64,000 nucleotides of DNA from the NCBI GenBank assembly GCA_951406725.2, contig OX597832.1:3410001-3474000 (forward strand), given 5' to 3'. The stretch's first letter is position 1. The number at the start of each line of letters is the position of its first letter. The notes below the pieces were generated by a model, which did not search any database, was not told the origin of the DNA, and saw nothing but the letters and a program-made list of their open reading frames with translations. Below are positions 24,346-35,982 of this stretch, in pieces. Origin of the DNA: Octopus vulgaris (Eukaryota). The position numbers and the translations under genes are program-made.

Positions 24346-25799
24346 AACAACAAACAAGATGAGGACAAATATCTGTCAAATGTAAATAATGTACATAATT
24401 CCTCATCTCCAGAAGACATCACTCACGTGATTAGCAGCTGCCCCAAAATGTCATCAAGGTACTATCTCCCAATACGAAATGATGTTGCAAAAACAATATA
24501 CAATACCGTTTGGATAAAAGACTGCATTGGAATAAATATAGAGCGTTCCTCTGTTATTGAATACATACACCAACATCAACATAGGGAATACTGGTGGAAC
24601 ATTGTCATCAAAACATATTTCAAGTGTAAGCATAACAGGTTGGATATCATTGTTTGAGACAAACAAAGAATAGTATGTACTGTTCTAGAGGTCAGCTGCC
24701 CTGCTGATGTAAATATCTCTGAAATCAAAAAGAAAGAGGATAATTATGGACAACTGCTTCAAAATCTCCAGCATCTATATACAGACTATAAATAATAATT
24801 GGTGCACTTGGTTTATGATGATCTGGATAAGCTAGTTTTCAGAAACTAACTTGCACATTACAAATACAATCTGAAAGAGGAACAGTCAAAATACGCAAGA
24901 CTTTTCTCAAGTTTAAAATGTGACATTGTTTTTACTATCTACACTGTAATGATGGAACTTTATTAGAAACCAGCTCCTTCTTCAGAGGAAGAATTCAAAT
25001 AATTACAAAAAAAGAAAACACACACACACACACAAATTAAGTAACTTAGAAACAACCTACAAGTAATCTTTAATTTACTAGCAAAACTACAATTTGGGGT
25101 TAACCTTGTACATTATTTTTTTAATTAAATTGACCTGGCAACACTGACTTCACAAGCTATGCATACAAATATATGAAAATATACTCATACATCTATAAAT
25201 TGGATATATGTTTGTGCATTTATACATTTGTTGGTATATATTAGTGGTCTAAATGATAATTTAATGGATCACTGAGTCAGAGTTACTAGTCACATACAAC
25301 AAATAATTCATCAAAGATAAACTACAAATCCTCTCAAGCATAAAGGTGTTATGAAACATTTAATGCACTCTTTTTCATACAATAGACAACTGGATGAATT
25401 TCTTCTAGACTATAGTTAGTAATTCTGAGTTATCTTTCAATTCAGGAAAGCTTTCTTAAGAAGTTCATAGTTTAAAATTTTTGTTTTATTCCTTGTTACT
25501 GAAGTTGAAATCTAAACCCTGATCAAAGAAAAGATTTATAAGAAAAAATTGCTTGAATAACAAGTGTCAGATGGCTGGCTGAGGCATTCAAACCTGCATT
25601 ATCTTCTTATTAATCTTTAAAATAATTATCATCTTAATTTATTAAATTTAATTGCATTTAAGGAAATGGTTAGAGAAAACTTTTCTTGGGATATGGCACA
25701 ATTGAATTCCACATCTAGTCTTTAGCAGCACGATAGCACTACTAATAAAGGAAATGATTGCATTAAATGCTACTATTTATGCTATGATTTTCTTTTGGT

Positions 25800-26230
25800 G
25801 TAGTCAGGAAGAAAGACAGTCATAGGCCCTATAAGACTGATGTAGTTCAGTCTGAACGCGTGCAGAAAATACATGGGCAAAGAAAGAAGGAATTCCAGAG
25901 AATTGATTAGGGGATGGGAGAGACATAGAAGGAGTGATATATGGAGGAGAGACAAATATGTTTGGTGGGTTTGAGTAGAGGTAGCTTATAACTAGCTTGT
26001 GTTGAGAAACAGTAATAACATTAAACCATTGTAGTAATGACAGAATAAGCAGAATTAGAAGACAGCATGTCTTTACCTGTTATTTGGATGATCTTGTGGA
26101 TGTAGATGTTTGTATGTACAGCAGTATACTATCCTCATCTGGGAGTCTTATTTGGGCTTTGGGAAAGGACAGCAAGCAGAGTATTAGTGCAGAGAAAGAA
26201 GAATGTAGAAATAGTTGAACCTTGTAGTAC
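25800..26230 (-). mobile_element. Highly decayed LINE (CR1/jockey-like) 3' remnant
   Basis: Minus-strand fragments RHAV...LFCHYYNG...LWNS...HVF, with many indels. Confidence 0.45.
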
Positions 26231-27978
26231 ATCAGAAATTGCAGAAAGCTTATCCCTACTTCATAGTGATTGTCTTTTTGTAGGTAATTCTTAGAACTAT
26301 TTAGATGGAGTAGGAAGTGTAATTCAACATATTGAAATCTACATTATTTTTCTTCAAATTAATTAATTCTTTTTTTTTATTCCTGTATCTATAAATACTG
26401 AAGTAATTTGGATCCATGACTTTGCTCCGTTTTCCAGTTGCTAATGTTTTTTAGAAATACTTCGATCCCACAATATTACAATATTTACAGATCTGAAGTT
26501 GTGTGCTTATATGCAAGAAATCATAATATTGTTACTTCTTAATTTACTGGGTTATGAAAGGGTTCCATCCAATTTGATTTAATAAGAGAAAGGGAAAAAA
26601 TTAATGGTCCATAACTTTTTGATGGGTCAGATACTTTGTAATGCTTAAAGATGATTGCTTAACCACCCTAGATTCTTTCTTGTATTTTATCTTTTTTTCC
26701 AATCTGCTTATGTTACATATAACAAAAGAAATAGGAATTTCAGAATTTTTTTCATAACTGACTACACATTTAAGAGCTTTGTGATAAATAGCTTTCAGTT
26801 TTTCTTCTTTGCATTATCTTTTTTCTCTAATCTTCTTGATTATGGGGGACAATTGATTTCTTTGTAACAATATTTAAGCTTGTAACAATATGAATTTTTG
26901 CCCCTTTAATAAAAAAAAGACATCCTGCTCTCATGCCTCGTTAATAGCATCTGTAGTTTATTATAAGTAGTTACACAAATGATTGGTTGAGATATGGCAA
27001 AAGCAGTTGAAATATTTTTTAATGTGGCCAACACATTGTTAGAATACAAAATGCATTGCTTCTTTCACTGAAGACACATTATAAATATTGGTACTTTCAA
27101 ACAGGCAATAGGTTGTTTTAATGTTTTGTTTTATTTTAACTCAACCAAGCCATCAGAATTAAGTATGGGTCATGTACATAATGAGGCTTAATTTCAGATT
27201 TGAGACTAAACAGATATGAATATAATTCCTTATATTTGCGCATTTACACTCACACACACAGGTATGCAGGTTACTCACATTATTATGTTCTGTCCATTCT
27301 GGTGTAATTTAGTAATCAATTGTTAGAGTAAAAGCCAAATCATTATCAACTCAACATTTATTAGTATAATATTGTTGGAATTTAAAAAAAAGCAATAAAT
27401 TCTTCAGGCAGAGAATCAAATAATATAAATAATACCATTTGATTCTCTATCTGAAGAATTTTAAATTGGAAATTTCTTACATGTTTATCCAACATATACG
27501 ACTTTGTGATTTCTATTAGCAAATGAAACATGTGTATGTGTAAATAGTGATTAAATAATACCCCAAAAATTTCCCAGATTCTTGTTTTATATATATATAT
27601 AGATATATATATTACATATATATATATTATATATATATATAAATTACCTGTAGCTACTTCCATACTGAAATTCCATGCTAGCATTCAGGAATTTTGGCAC
27701 AACAGTCTTCAGTAAATTCTGTCATAGCTTTTGAAGAAAAGACAAAGTGGTGTCCTGTCTCATGATGCATTATTTATTACTGCTCTGACTGTTACCCCAC
27801 AAAAGATGTATAAAATTTCATAATCTATCTGCAAGTCAACATTAGCTCTATTTATTATTAGCGTGAGGTTGTTTATTATGTGATCTGTGTCAGTCAAACA
27901 TAAACAGCCCTGTTTTTCAGGTATTATTGTATGGTGTGGCTCTGCCCAAGATAAATCATACAATAGTAGTAGACATAT

Positions 27979-30333
27979 AGGGTGGTAAGACATCTGGCTT
28001 TATAATAATAACAGTAAAATAAGATATATAGTTTAAAAAATATAATTAAAAAGTGAGGGCATATTATGTGATGTATTTAAAAGAACAAAATTAAAAAAAC
28101 CCAATTCACTGCCTACTTTCAATATACAAGTCACATATGTGAAGCAAGTATACCCAAGGCTGGTTGAGTTTTTGTTCTTGTTTCAAGCCCCTAAAGGATT
28201 GCTAGAAAATAAAATTATGCTTAGCCATGAATGAGATAAAGAATTTGAATTTATTGCCCAAAGCAGGAAAAGATATCCACTAAACTGTTTGTGCGCTATG
28301 TTGCATTGGGATGAGGACATCAGCAGGAAGGGGAAAAACTAGTTGAATGCCAGAGATAATTTTAAACACTTGAATTATTGGTGGGTCCTCATTGCCATCA
28401 TTTTTCTCACCTACTTGTTCAACTCCAAATTACAAAATCTCAGCTGTAGAACTGTGTAAAATATATCCTGCCATGAAACATTTAAGACTCATTCAGAAGT
28501 GTTGGTTGTGGAGAAGAGTTGACACAGAAATACATAGCACAAAAATACATGGCACAATTAGTTGAAGCATTTTATTTTTTATCTTGTGACCAAATCATTG
28601 TTAGAATTTAAAATCCATTACTTTTTCCTCTGAAGAAACACTATACATATTAACACTTTCAAGGTGGAAATGGATTGCTTTTAATGTTTTGGCTTATTGT
28701 AATTCTACAAAGCCATGAAAGGGAATGACCTATAGATATATAAGTTAGCTGCGAATACTCAATAAACAATCCCAGGCAAAATCACAGGTTGCCTTTTGGC
28801 AAGGCATAACACATGTTAACCACCCTGCCATGGCCATGGTGAAATCCTGAAGCCCTGAAAAGAGCAGAAATGGCACTATCATTGGAAAGCAGGATGGTGG
28901 TAGGGAATGAAATGCAAAGCATAAAAAAACATTTTGTCTTTGGATTTCGCCCCAATAAAGTGTCTGTATACACTGCTGACAATACAAGTGTAATGTATAG
29001 AAAACACAGGGTTTATCAAAATTTGAAAATCAGCCAAATGAACATTATTTCTCTAATTTGTCTAGCCTATGTTTTGTACATTATAACAGGATTTACTGCA
29101 GGAAAACTGGTGTTTTATGTTGAAAATATTGTGCATAAAATGTACATTTCAGCAAAGTCAGCTGAAAGAACTGTACAGTTAAAAGAATTTTGTGAATTTG
29201 CGGATGTTGGTAATTATAATCTTATGCCATATTGTGGCAAGATGATTCTCACTTTTGCCATTTATTGACAGGATGCTTAAGTGTTGAGAAGTCTTGAAAA
29301 TTATTTTTTGAGTCAAAGTTAGGAGTGGTGCCTAAAGGCACAGTGGAAGTAATTTGCAGGTGAAGGAAATGCCTGTGATTCATCAGAGAGATACTTTTTC
29401 AGTCATGCTTTTGAATCATTCTCAGACACTACTGAAGGACTAAGAAGCCAAGATATTCGGCATCACTTCATTATGTAAGCTAATGACTGAACTGATTAGC
29501 AAACTTGAGAGAAACATAGACTTTTGTTTTGTTGCCTTTGTAGGGTGTACCAAGCTTAGCCAGCTTATACCGGATGCAAATTTCATTATTTTCCAAGGAA
29601 GAACCATAAAACATTTATGATAGGAGTAACTTCTCTGAAAACGGCTTTCATAACAAATCATCAAAACTTATCCGAACAAATATCATACCTTTTGGAGAAT
29701 TGGAGAGCTGTAACCTTCAAGATATTGATATGGATGAGTTATATGAAAAATATGATGTTGTTAGAGGCAATATTCCCGAGAATTGAAAAATGTTATATTA
29801 ACATATTCAGTAAATCTGAGCTTTCTTTTAAAGTCTGAAGATTCTTCTCTATTGCACATCTTCTCTATTACATGCAGTAATGCTTACACAGAAAAAATTT
29901 TTTAATTATGACCTGAACTTGGAGAAAGAAAATATATTGTCAGCAAGTTGATTTAGTCAAAGAAAAACTCAAAATATGTAACTTCACATAGGAGTGCTCA
30001 GGCATTTATGAAAAACTCCGGACCAACAAAAAACTTCTGGAGATTGCAAGAGGCAATAGAAATAGAAGTTTGTAACTATAAGGATACATTTTAGACCATC
30101 CACATCGAGCAGAAATTGTATTAAAATAGAAAAGAGAAATAATGAATCATTATATAAGAAATAATAAATTGCTATATAGGAAAAGGGCTGTGAAGAAAAT
30201 CACCAATAATAACCAAGTTTTTACAGGATTTATATAAATAGTAAAAGTTGCATGTTAGAATTTTTTTTATTTAAAGCTAAAGTAATAATTTGTTGTTTTG
30301 CATTATGGTTTACATTTGGAAATGGCTATCCCA
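27979..30333 (+). mobile_element. Decayed hAT-superfamily DNA transposon (transposase pseudogene)
   Basis: ADNTSVM...LK...ICLAYVL, VENIVHKMY...RTVQLKEFCEFADV (ORF 28870-29268); dimerisation-domain remnant SNAYTEKIF...W...VKEKLKICNF...FYEKL..NKKLL at ~29875-30060. Ends are approximate (agggtggtaaga at 27979; atggctatccc at ~30322). Confidence 0.72.
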
Positions 30334-32047
30334 TACACTCACCCTTATCTTTCTTTCATTAAATTCATCTATGCATTCTGAAATGGCTGTATAAGCCTAT
30401 GTTTGACCTAAAAGGACCCTAGCTTTCATACTGTTTGCATTTGCAATGGTAACATTTTAAAAATCTACAATTATTTTATCTTGTTCCCAGTTATGAAGGG
30501 AGAGATAAGGAAATGCAATATGAAAGACTTGATCACCACACTTGTTAAGTTCCACTAGAATTTTATCTAGTTCTGTAAAAGCTTCTCATTTTTGAGACTG
30601 CCACATTAAATTCTTGAAGTCAGGGTGGAACATTTAGGTTTAGAAAGATGAATGTGTTACTCAGGTGATGCATTGATAGATAATTATATAAATTTTCAAA
30701 ATGTTCTTACCATCTCTGTAGTATAGCACCTTTATCAATTAGATTGAGCATTTGGAGATTTAACAGTAACCCTATCGTTGTGAATCCAATGACGTTTTTG
30801 GCCACTTGAGTGGTTCCTGTATGAGTAGTCTTGTATTCTTTGGCTTTGTCAACCCATCATTGATCCTGCAAGTTCTTAAATCTCCATTATGCTTCTGACT
30901 TAATTATATAATAAGCTGTCTTTGACTTTGTAATTCAGATTGATCTTTTTGTTAAGTTTAGCTTTTCACTTTTCTGCACTTAGAGCTTTTATTATGTGGT
31001 TCTCTTCAATAAACTAATTGGGTTGCTGCCAATTAAATTAAACAAGATTTTTATCTTAAGAATCAAGTCTGTTCATTTAAGAATGCTTTATTCTTCTGCC
31101 AAGATACTGTACACTCGTTAATTATTACTCTTTGTAGTATGATTATTATTACTAACAGTTGGATCTTGAGGATGCTGATTAGTTTTATACTAGCATGGTC
31201 ATCTCTTAAATGTGTAGTATTAGCCTGATATACAATGTCCCTTGGATAATGAATGTTGTTTATACAATCATTATTCAAAGGAAAGGATTCAGTGTTTCAA
31301 CAATTACAGCTATCTTTCTTTGGTTGTATATTGCAAGTCTATTTGTAGAACTAGAACAAATAGGAAACAATACCAGTCACACAATAAAGCAATCACACAA
31401 TAAAAACTTTAAATACAGAAAAACTAAAAGCTAAATTTGGCAAAAGAACAATCTAAATTCTAAAGTCAAAGACAGAATTCATCATCAAGTTAAGTCAGAA
31501 ATGTAATTCCCTGTTACCTGCATTGTAATCTAGTTACCAGGAATGTAAAACAATTCCTTTCCTTAAACAACAAGCACTTCCATAAAGATAACTTCATAAT
31601 TTATTCAACAGAAACAACATAAAAATAGTAGTCCTGCAGTGCTTTCTATAAGAAAAGTTATTTCATTGTATAACCACAAAATCCTCCAAACAATATTTAT
31701 CATATCAGCCCCAGTCAAGTGAATATATGATCACAGATATCCCACATGTGATTAACCCATATATTTTTTTAATAAGTGTATCTACAGCAAAGAAGATAAC
31801 AATATAGTGTATTTTCTTCACTGACTTGTCTCTTTGGGGTATGTTTATTGCGTCAAATTGACAAAATCAGTGAAGTAAATAAATAGCAAGAATCATGTTT
31901 TGATGATAAAAAAAGTCAAATGAATTGTTTTATATTGTGCATAGTATGGTTTAAAAGTAAAAAAAAAATTACTAGTTATATCTCATAGAGAACAATGTCA
32001 TCAATTTAAAACTAATATTTGCAATTATTATGTTTCTTTCTTTACAG

Positions 32048-32092
32048 GGAGACCAGGGTTTGCCAGGCATGCGAGGGCTTCCTGGAATTCCG
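32048..32092 (+). CDS. COL4A1: Type IV collagen exon, 5 Gly-X-Y triplets: GDQGLPGMRGLPGIP
   Basis: tttctttctttacAG acceptor, GTGAGT donor at 32093, 45 nt, phase 0. Too short for the ORF track; found by reading. Confidence 0.92.
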
Positions 32093-32619
32093 GTGAGTAA
32101 ATGTTCATTAATTATTCCTCATTTGTACCAAATTCTTTCAGTAACATTCTCTTTTTTTTTAGTTTAAGATCATTTCATGCTTTTAAATAAAATAATTTAA
32201 GACCATATCTTCAAATTCTTTAAAAAATTACTTTATCAGTCAAAGTTTTGAATGTAAATTATCTCATTCAACAAAGAAATTATTCTACTAATAAATATAA
32301 TAGGATATCCTAGACTATGTAAAAAACCAAAAAAGTCAATCAGCTGAAATGTTAATCTAAAGTTGTTCAATGGTCGGACTTCTTATGACTCTAAAATATG
32401 CGCTTCAGTTTTTATTTCTAATTTATTTCTGTTACAAAACTTGGCAAACCATTATGAATTATTTTTATACCAATTGATTTTAAAGGATTGTGATCACAAA
32501 TAAGAAGTCTAAATTTATGCATGGTGTTGAATATTTCATAATCCATAAATCTATAGCTGTTATTTCTTGCTCCTTTTATTGTTATTGCTTTTGAAAAGTA
32601 AAAGGTCAGAAAACATAAG

Positions 32620-33160
32620 AATAATTGCAGAGTTTGGATAATAGAAATTGGGAAGTTTAAAGGCATGTGTGTTGAAGAAAAGCTGAACTGTAGAAGGACA
32701 GGAGTGAGCATGAGTCTGACAGCTCAGGTGGTAGAGTGTGCTTCATATCAGGCAGAGTCAACAAACAAGAAAAAATGGTGTGTTTGTTTCAGCTTTAAAA
32801 CAAATGAGTCTTATTGCTGCAGAAGCAGTAGATGTTTGGAGAATGGAATTGTAGGTTTGGTGTGAGTGGTATACAAGCAAGAAAAGTCATGCTGAGATTG
32901 AGCCCTGTTTGTAGTTGACCTGTTTATGGAAGAGAGACATGGACGTCTAGGATGCTGCTGAAAGTATAAGAGAGGGTTGATGGAAGCTATTGATACAGGA
33001 TATGAAAATGTGAATTGATGTCTGGTGGGTGAGATGGCATTGATATTATCAATGAATTAGCCATAAAATTTGCAGTGGAAATTTGAGCTTCAATGTTGCT
33101 AATGATAAGTTGGCATCATTGGGACTCATCTTAGTACCCATCTTACTGCCACTCAGGTGT
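32620..33160 (-). mobile_element. Decayed Penelope-like reverse transcriptase remnant
   Basis: Minus strand MGTKMSPNDANL (MGT-x-MAPxYANL motif), then FIDN at the expected YIDD position, INSFH and LDV fragments. Confidence 0.55.
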
Positions 33161-33295
33161 AGATAGAAATTATCAGAGAATGTAGAGCAATTTAGCATAA
33201 GCTAAAGTTAAAAATGACAAAGAAGTGTAGAAGTTTGGTGTCCTTGACATAGGATGCAACTAATAGCAATCAAGGGAATTATAAGTGGATTAAGA

Positions 33296-33311
33296 TATAT
33301 ATGTATGTATG

Positions 33312-33349
<38 letters not shown>

Positions 33350-33351
33350 TG

Positions 33352-33398
<47 letters not shown>

Positions 33399-33841
33399 GT
33401 ATATGTATGTATGTATGTATATATATGTATGTATGTATATATATGTATGTATGTATATATATGTATGTATGTATATATATGTATGTATGTATATATATAT
33501 ATGTATGTATGTATGTATATATATATGTATGTATGTATATATATATATGTATGTATGTATATATATATATATGTATGTATGTATATATATATATGTATGT
33601 ATGTATATATATATATGTATGTATGTATATATATATATGTATGTATATATATATATGTATGTATATATATATGTATGTATGTATATATATATGTATGTAT
33701 ATATATATATATGTATGTATATATATATATATGTATGTATGTATATATATATATGTATGTATGTATATATATGTATGTATGTATGTATATATATATATGT
33801 ATGTATGTATGTATGTATATGTATGTATGTATGTATGTATA

Positions 33842-33874
<33 letters not shown>

Positions 33875-33935
33875 ATATATGTATGTATGTATGTATGTAT
33901 ATATATGTATGTATGTATGTATGTATATATATATA
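33296..33935. repeat. (TATG)n/(TA)n compound microsatellite
   Basis: Directly visible. Confidence 0.97.
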
Positions 33936-34980
33936 TCATCATCATCATCATCGTGGCAAGCGAGGCTGCTAATGGCCATGATCAAATGGTGCTTTTTACG
34001 TGCCACTGGCACGGAGGCCAGTCGGTGCGGCACTGGCAACAGCCATGTTTGGATAGTTCTCTTACGTGTCACCGTCACTGGTACCACAGCTACAATTTCC
34101 ATTGATGTTGATCGATTTTGATTTTGATTTTCACTGGCCTCAACAGGTCTTCACAAGTAGAGTTTTGTGTCCCAAGAAGGAAAAGTATGCATAAGTGGAC
34201 TGGCTACATACCAGGTAGAGGCCATGGGTTATGGTCTCACTTGGCCTGCCGGGTCTTCTCACACACAGCATACTTCCAAAGGTCTTGTTCTCTAGTCATT
34301 TCCTCAGTGAGACATAAAGTTTGAAGGTCGTGCTTCACCACCTCGTCCCAGGTTTTCCTGGGTCTACCTCTTCCACAGGTTCCCTCAACCACTAGGGTGG
34401 GGCACTTTTTCACACAACTATCTTCATTCATTCTCGCCACATTGCCATACCAGCGCAAAAGTCTCTCTTGCACACCACAACTGATGCTTCTTAGGTCCAA
34501 CTTTTCTCTCAAGGTACTTACACTCTGTCGAGTATGAACACTGACATTACACATCCATCGGAGCATACTGGCTTCATTTCTTGCTAGCTTACGCATATCC
34601 TCAGCAGTCACAGCCCATGTTTCACGACCATGTTGCATGGTTGTTCGTACACCTGCATCATACAGTCTGCCTTTTACTCTGAGCAAGAGGCCTTTTGTCA
34701 CCAGCAGAGGTAAGAGCTCTCTGAACTTTGCCCAGGCTATTCTTACTCTAGAAGTTACACTTTAAGCACACACACCTCGCTATTGACTTGGTCAGCTACA
34801 TAATGAAATCTATCAACTATTTCTAATTTTTCTCCCTGGAATGTGGCGGAAGTTGGTCTCTGGGCATTTTCAGTGTTTATTGCTCCTGAGCATCTACCAC
34901 ATACAAAAACTATCTTTCTAGATAGCCTTCCTTTGACATTGCTGCACCTCTTATGTGTTCATAGCTTACACTTGGTACAT
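33935..34980 (-). mobile_element. RTE-like LINE 3' fragment: Cys/His finger, post-RT C-terminus, partial 3' UTR array, (GAT)n
   Basis: Minus frames CTKCKL*THKRCS...FVCGRC...[12 protein letters not shown], then ORF 34237-34701 (KGRLYDA..RT.M.HG.ETWA...LRWMC...RWYG...GRGRPRKTW). Confidence 0.92.
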
Positions 34981-35031
34981 ATATATGTATATGTATATAC
35001 ACATATATATATATATGTATATATATATATA

Positions 35032-35080
<49 letters not shown>

Positions 35081-35136
35081 ATGTATATATATATATGTAT
35101 ATGTATATATATATGTATATGTATATATATATGTAT

Positions 35137-35168
<32 letters not shown>

Positions 35169-35204
35169 GTATATATATATGTATATGTATATATATATAT
35201 GTAT

Positions 35205-35250
<46 letters not shown>

Positions 35251-35893
35251 GTATATGTATATATATATGTATATGTATATATATGTATGTATATATATAT
35301 ATATATATATATGTATATGTATATATATGTATATGTATATATATGTATATGTATATATATGTATATGTATATATATGTATACGTATATATATATGTATAT
35401 GTATATATATGTATATATATATGTATATATATATGTATATATATATATGTATATGTATATATATGTATATGTATATGTATATGTATATATGTATATGTAT
35501 ATGTATATATGTATATGTATGTATATGTATATATATATGTATATGTATATATGTATATATATATGTATATATATATGTATATATATATATGTATATATAT
35601 ATATGTATATATATATGTGTATATATATATGTATATATATATATGTATATATATATATGTATATATATATGTATATATATATGTATATATATGTATAAAT
35701 ATATGTATATGCATATATATATATGTATATGTATATATATATATGCATATGTATATATATATGCATATTTATATATATATGTATATTTATATATATATAT
35801 GTATATATATATGCATATGTATATATATATATGCATATGTATATATATATATGTATATATATGTATATATATGTATATACATATATTTATTTT

Positions 35894-35926
<33 letters not shown>

Positions 35927-35982
35927 GTATATGTATATATATGTATATATGTATATATATGTATCTATATATATATATGTAT
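34977..35982. repeat. ~1-kb cryptic (TA)/(TATG) microsatellite between two head-to-head RTE copies
   Basis: Directly visible. Confidence 0.97.

Larger units (their letters stand above)
23714..24408 (-). mobile_element. 5'-truncated Penelope-like insertion: endonuclease C-terminus + terminal repeat on -, plus inverted terminal-repeat copy on + (24187-24408)
   Basis: Minus frame 24180-24028 reads IIDKEHHWKI*KLKEAAHMLGHNSLLSRPSANMSSIWEPVLRKDRKILDL*. 23714-23925 is the reverse complement of 24187-24390. Both arms carry a hammerhead motif. Confidence 0.8.
22870..24922 (+). mobile_element. Decayed R4/Dong-like LINE with restriction-like endonuclease, interrupted by a Penelope insertion
   Basis: YKYLGIVEN; KIWQSELPSYSKTISHNAFVVPVVIPAFGVLD; LYLRRYKRGRGL; GYAFEIQEQEIAMKYL. 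After the insertion: EDITHVISSCPKMSSRYY, YWWNIVIKT...KHNRLDIIV*DK...CTVLEVSCPADVN...KEDNY (CCHC and PD-(D/E)xK motifs). Confidence 0.82.

Noticed and set aside
28870-29268. Host gene or domesticated transposase
   Set aside because: Flanking transposase motifs are broken by stops and frameshifts and no splice signals rescue them; treated as a dead hAT copy.
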